Shown: one piece after another, positions 33,094 through 33,619 of the stretch
Numbering within the stretch: the first letter of the stretch is position 1
Layout of the letters: every line of letters starts with the position of its first letter
Assembly: GCA_964483755.1 (NCBI GenBank)
Contig: CAZADC010000004.1
Span: forward strand, 1-33,619
Length of the DNA stretch: 33,619 bases
Reading direction: 5' to 3'
DNA from: an uncultured Planctomycetaceae bacterium
Lineage (GTDB): Bacteria; Planctomycetota; Phycisphaerae; SM23-33
Program-made: the position numbers and the translations under genes
Notes under the pieces: generated by a model
What the model was told of the DNA's origin: nothing
The model's input: only the letters and a program-made list of their open reading frames with translations
Databases searched by the model: none

Positions 33094-33619
33094 TCATGCC
33101 GTCGGCGACAGGCGGGACACGCCGGATGCCACCTCGTACATCCGCCCGGCCCGCAGGACGGTCTCCTCGCTCAGCGCCGGGCCGATGAGCTGCATGCCGA
33201 TCGGCAATCCCTCGCCGCTCACGCCGGCCGGTATGCTCAACCCCGGCAGCCCGGCGAGGTTCACCGAGATCGTGTAGACGTCCGCGAGGTACATCGTCAG
33301 CGGGTCGTCGGTCTTCTCGCCCAGGCGGAAGGCCGGCGTCGGACTCACCGGGCACAGCAGCACGTCGCAGGACTCGAACGCCCTGGCGAAGTCGTCGCTG
33401 ACCAGTCGTCGGACCTTCAGCGCCTTGTTGTAGTACGCGTCGTAGTACCCGGCCGAGAGGGTGTACGTCCCGAGCATGATCCGCCGCTTGACCTCGTCGC
33501 CGAAGCCCTCCGCCCGCGTGCGGGAGAAGAGCTCGACGATGTCGGACACGTTCGCGTCCGTCCGATGGCCGTAGTGGACGCCGTCGTAGCGGGCGAGGTT
33601 GCTGGACGCCTCGGCCATC
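33094..33619 (-). CDS. gatA: Asp-tRNA(Asn)/Glu-tRNA(Gln) amidotransferase subunit A, C-terminal part (5' end outside window)
   Basis: ..[15 protein letters not shown].., ..[39 protein letters not shown].., ..[26 protein letters not shown].. match the GatA/amidase C-terminal region. The ORF stays open to the right window edge. Confidence 0.9.
   Translation of the reverse strand, partial: MAEASSNLARYDGVHYGHRTDANVSDIVELFSRTRAEGFGDEVKRRIMLGTYTLSAGYYDAYYNKALKVRRLVSDDFARAFESCDVLLCPVSPTPAFRLGEKTDDPLTMYLADVYTISVNLAGLPGLSIPAGVSGEGLPIGMQLIGPALSEETVLRAGRMYEVASGVSRLSPTA

Overview
High-GC bacterial window (mid-60s % by eye, not computed). The gene content points to a Planctomycetota/PVC-type genome, which is an inference: two PEP-CTERM proteins, a prepilin-type H-X-DG pseudopilin, many glycosidase-like ORFs and PF12831-type flavoproteins. 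Layout: (1) Positions 1-11305 hold a minus-strand carbohydrate/redox operon: small secreted protein, SGNH esterase, FAD oxidoreductase, 1178-aa secreted glycosidase-like protein, quinone oxidoreductase, second FAD oxidoreductase. A ~1 kb rearrangement scar of gene fragments (1054-1811) follows, then a third FAD oxidoreductase cut by the window edge. (2) Two adjacent sugar-sensor-type regulators lie at 11556-14206, one XylR/AraC-like and one GntR-PBP. (3) A PEP-CTERM protein and a pseudopilin lie at 14320-16061. (4) A degenerate tyrosine-recombinase remnant lies at about 16.2-17.4 kb. (5) A tightly coupled plus-strand operon with no signal peptides spans 17597-24710: BNR/sialidase-fold, TIM-barrel, unlisted 55-aa sORF, unknown helical protein, second BNR/sialidase-fold, GH78-like. 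This is my best candidate for an undescribed glycan-processing module. (6) A gene-decay tract at 24800-26650 holds three broken genes. (7) An intact ceramidase-like gene, a Gfo/Idh/MocA dehydrogenase and a second PEP-CTERM protein follow. (8) Housekeeping genes close the window: a membrane protein, hemL and a partial gatA. I saw no rRNA, tRNA or CRISPR array. Most long track ORFs lying opposite the genes called here are high-GC antisense shadows. All family assignments come from motif recognition by eye. No database search was run.
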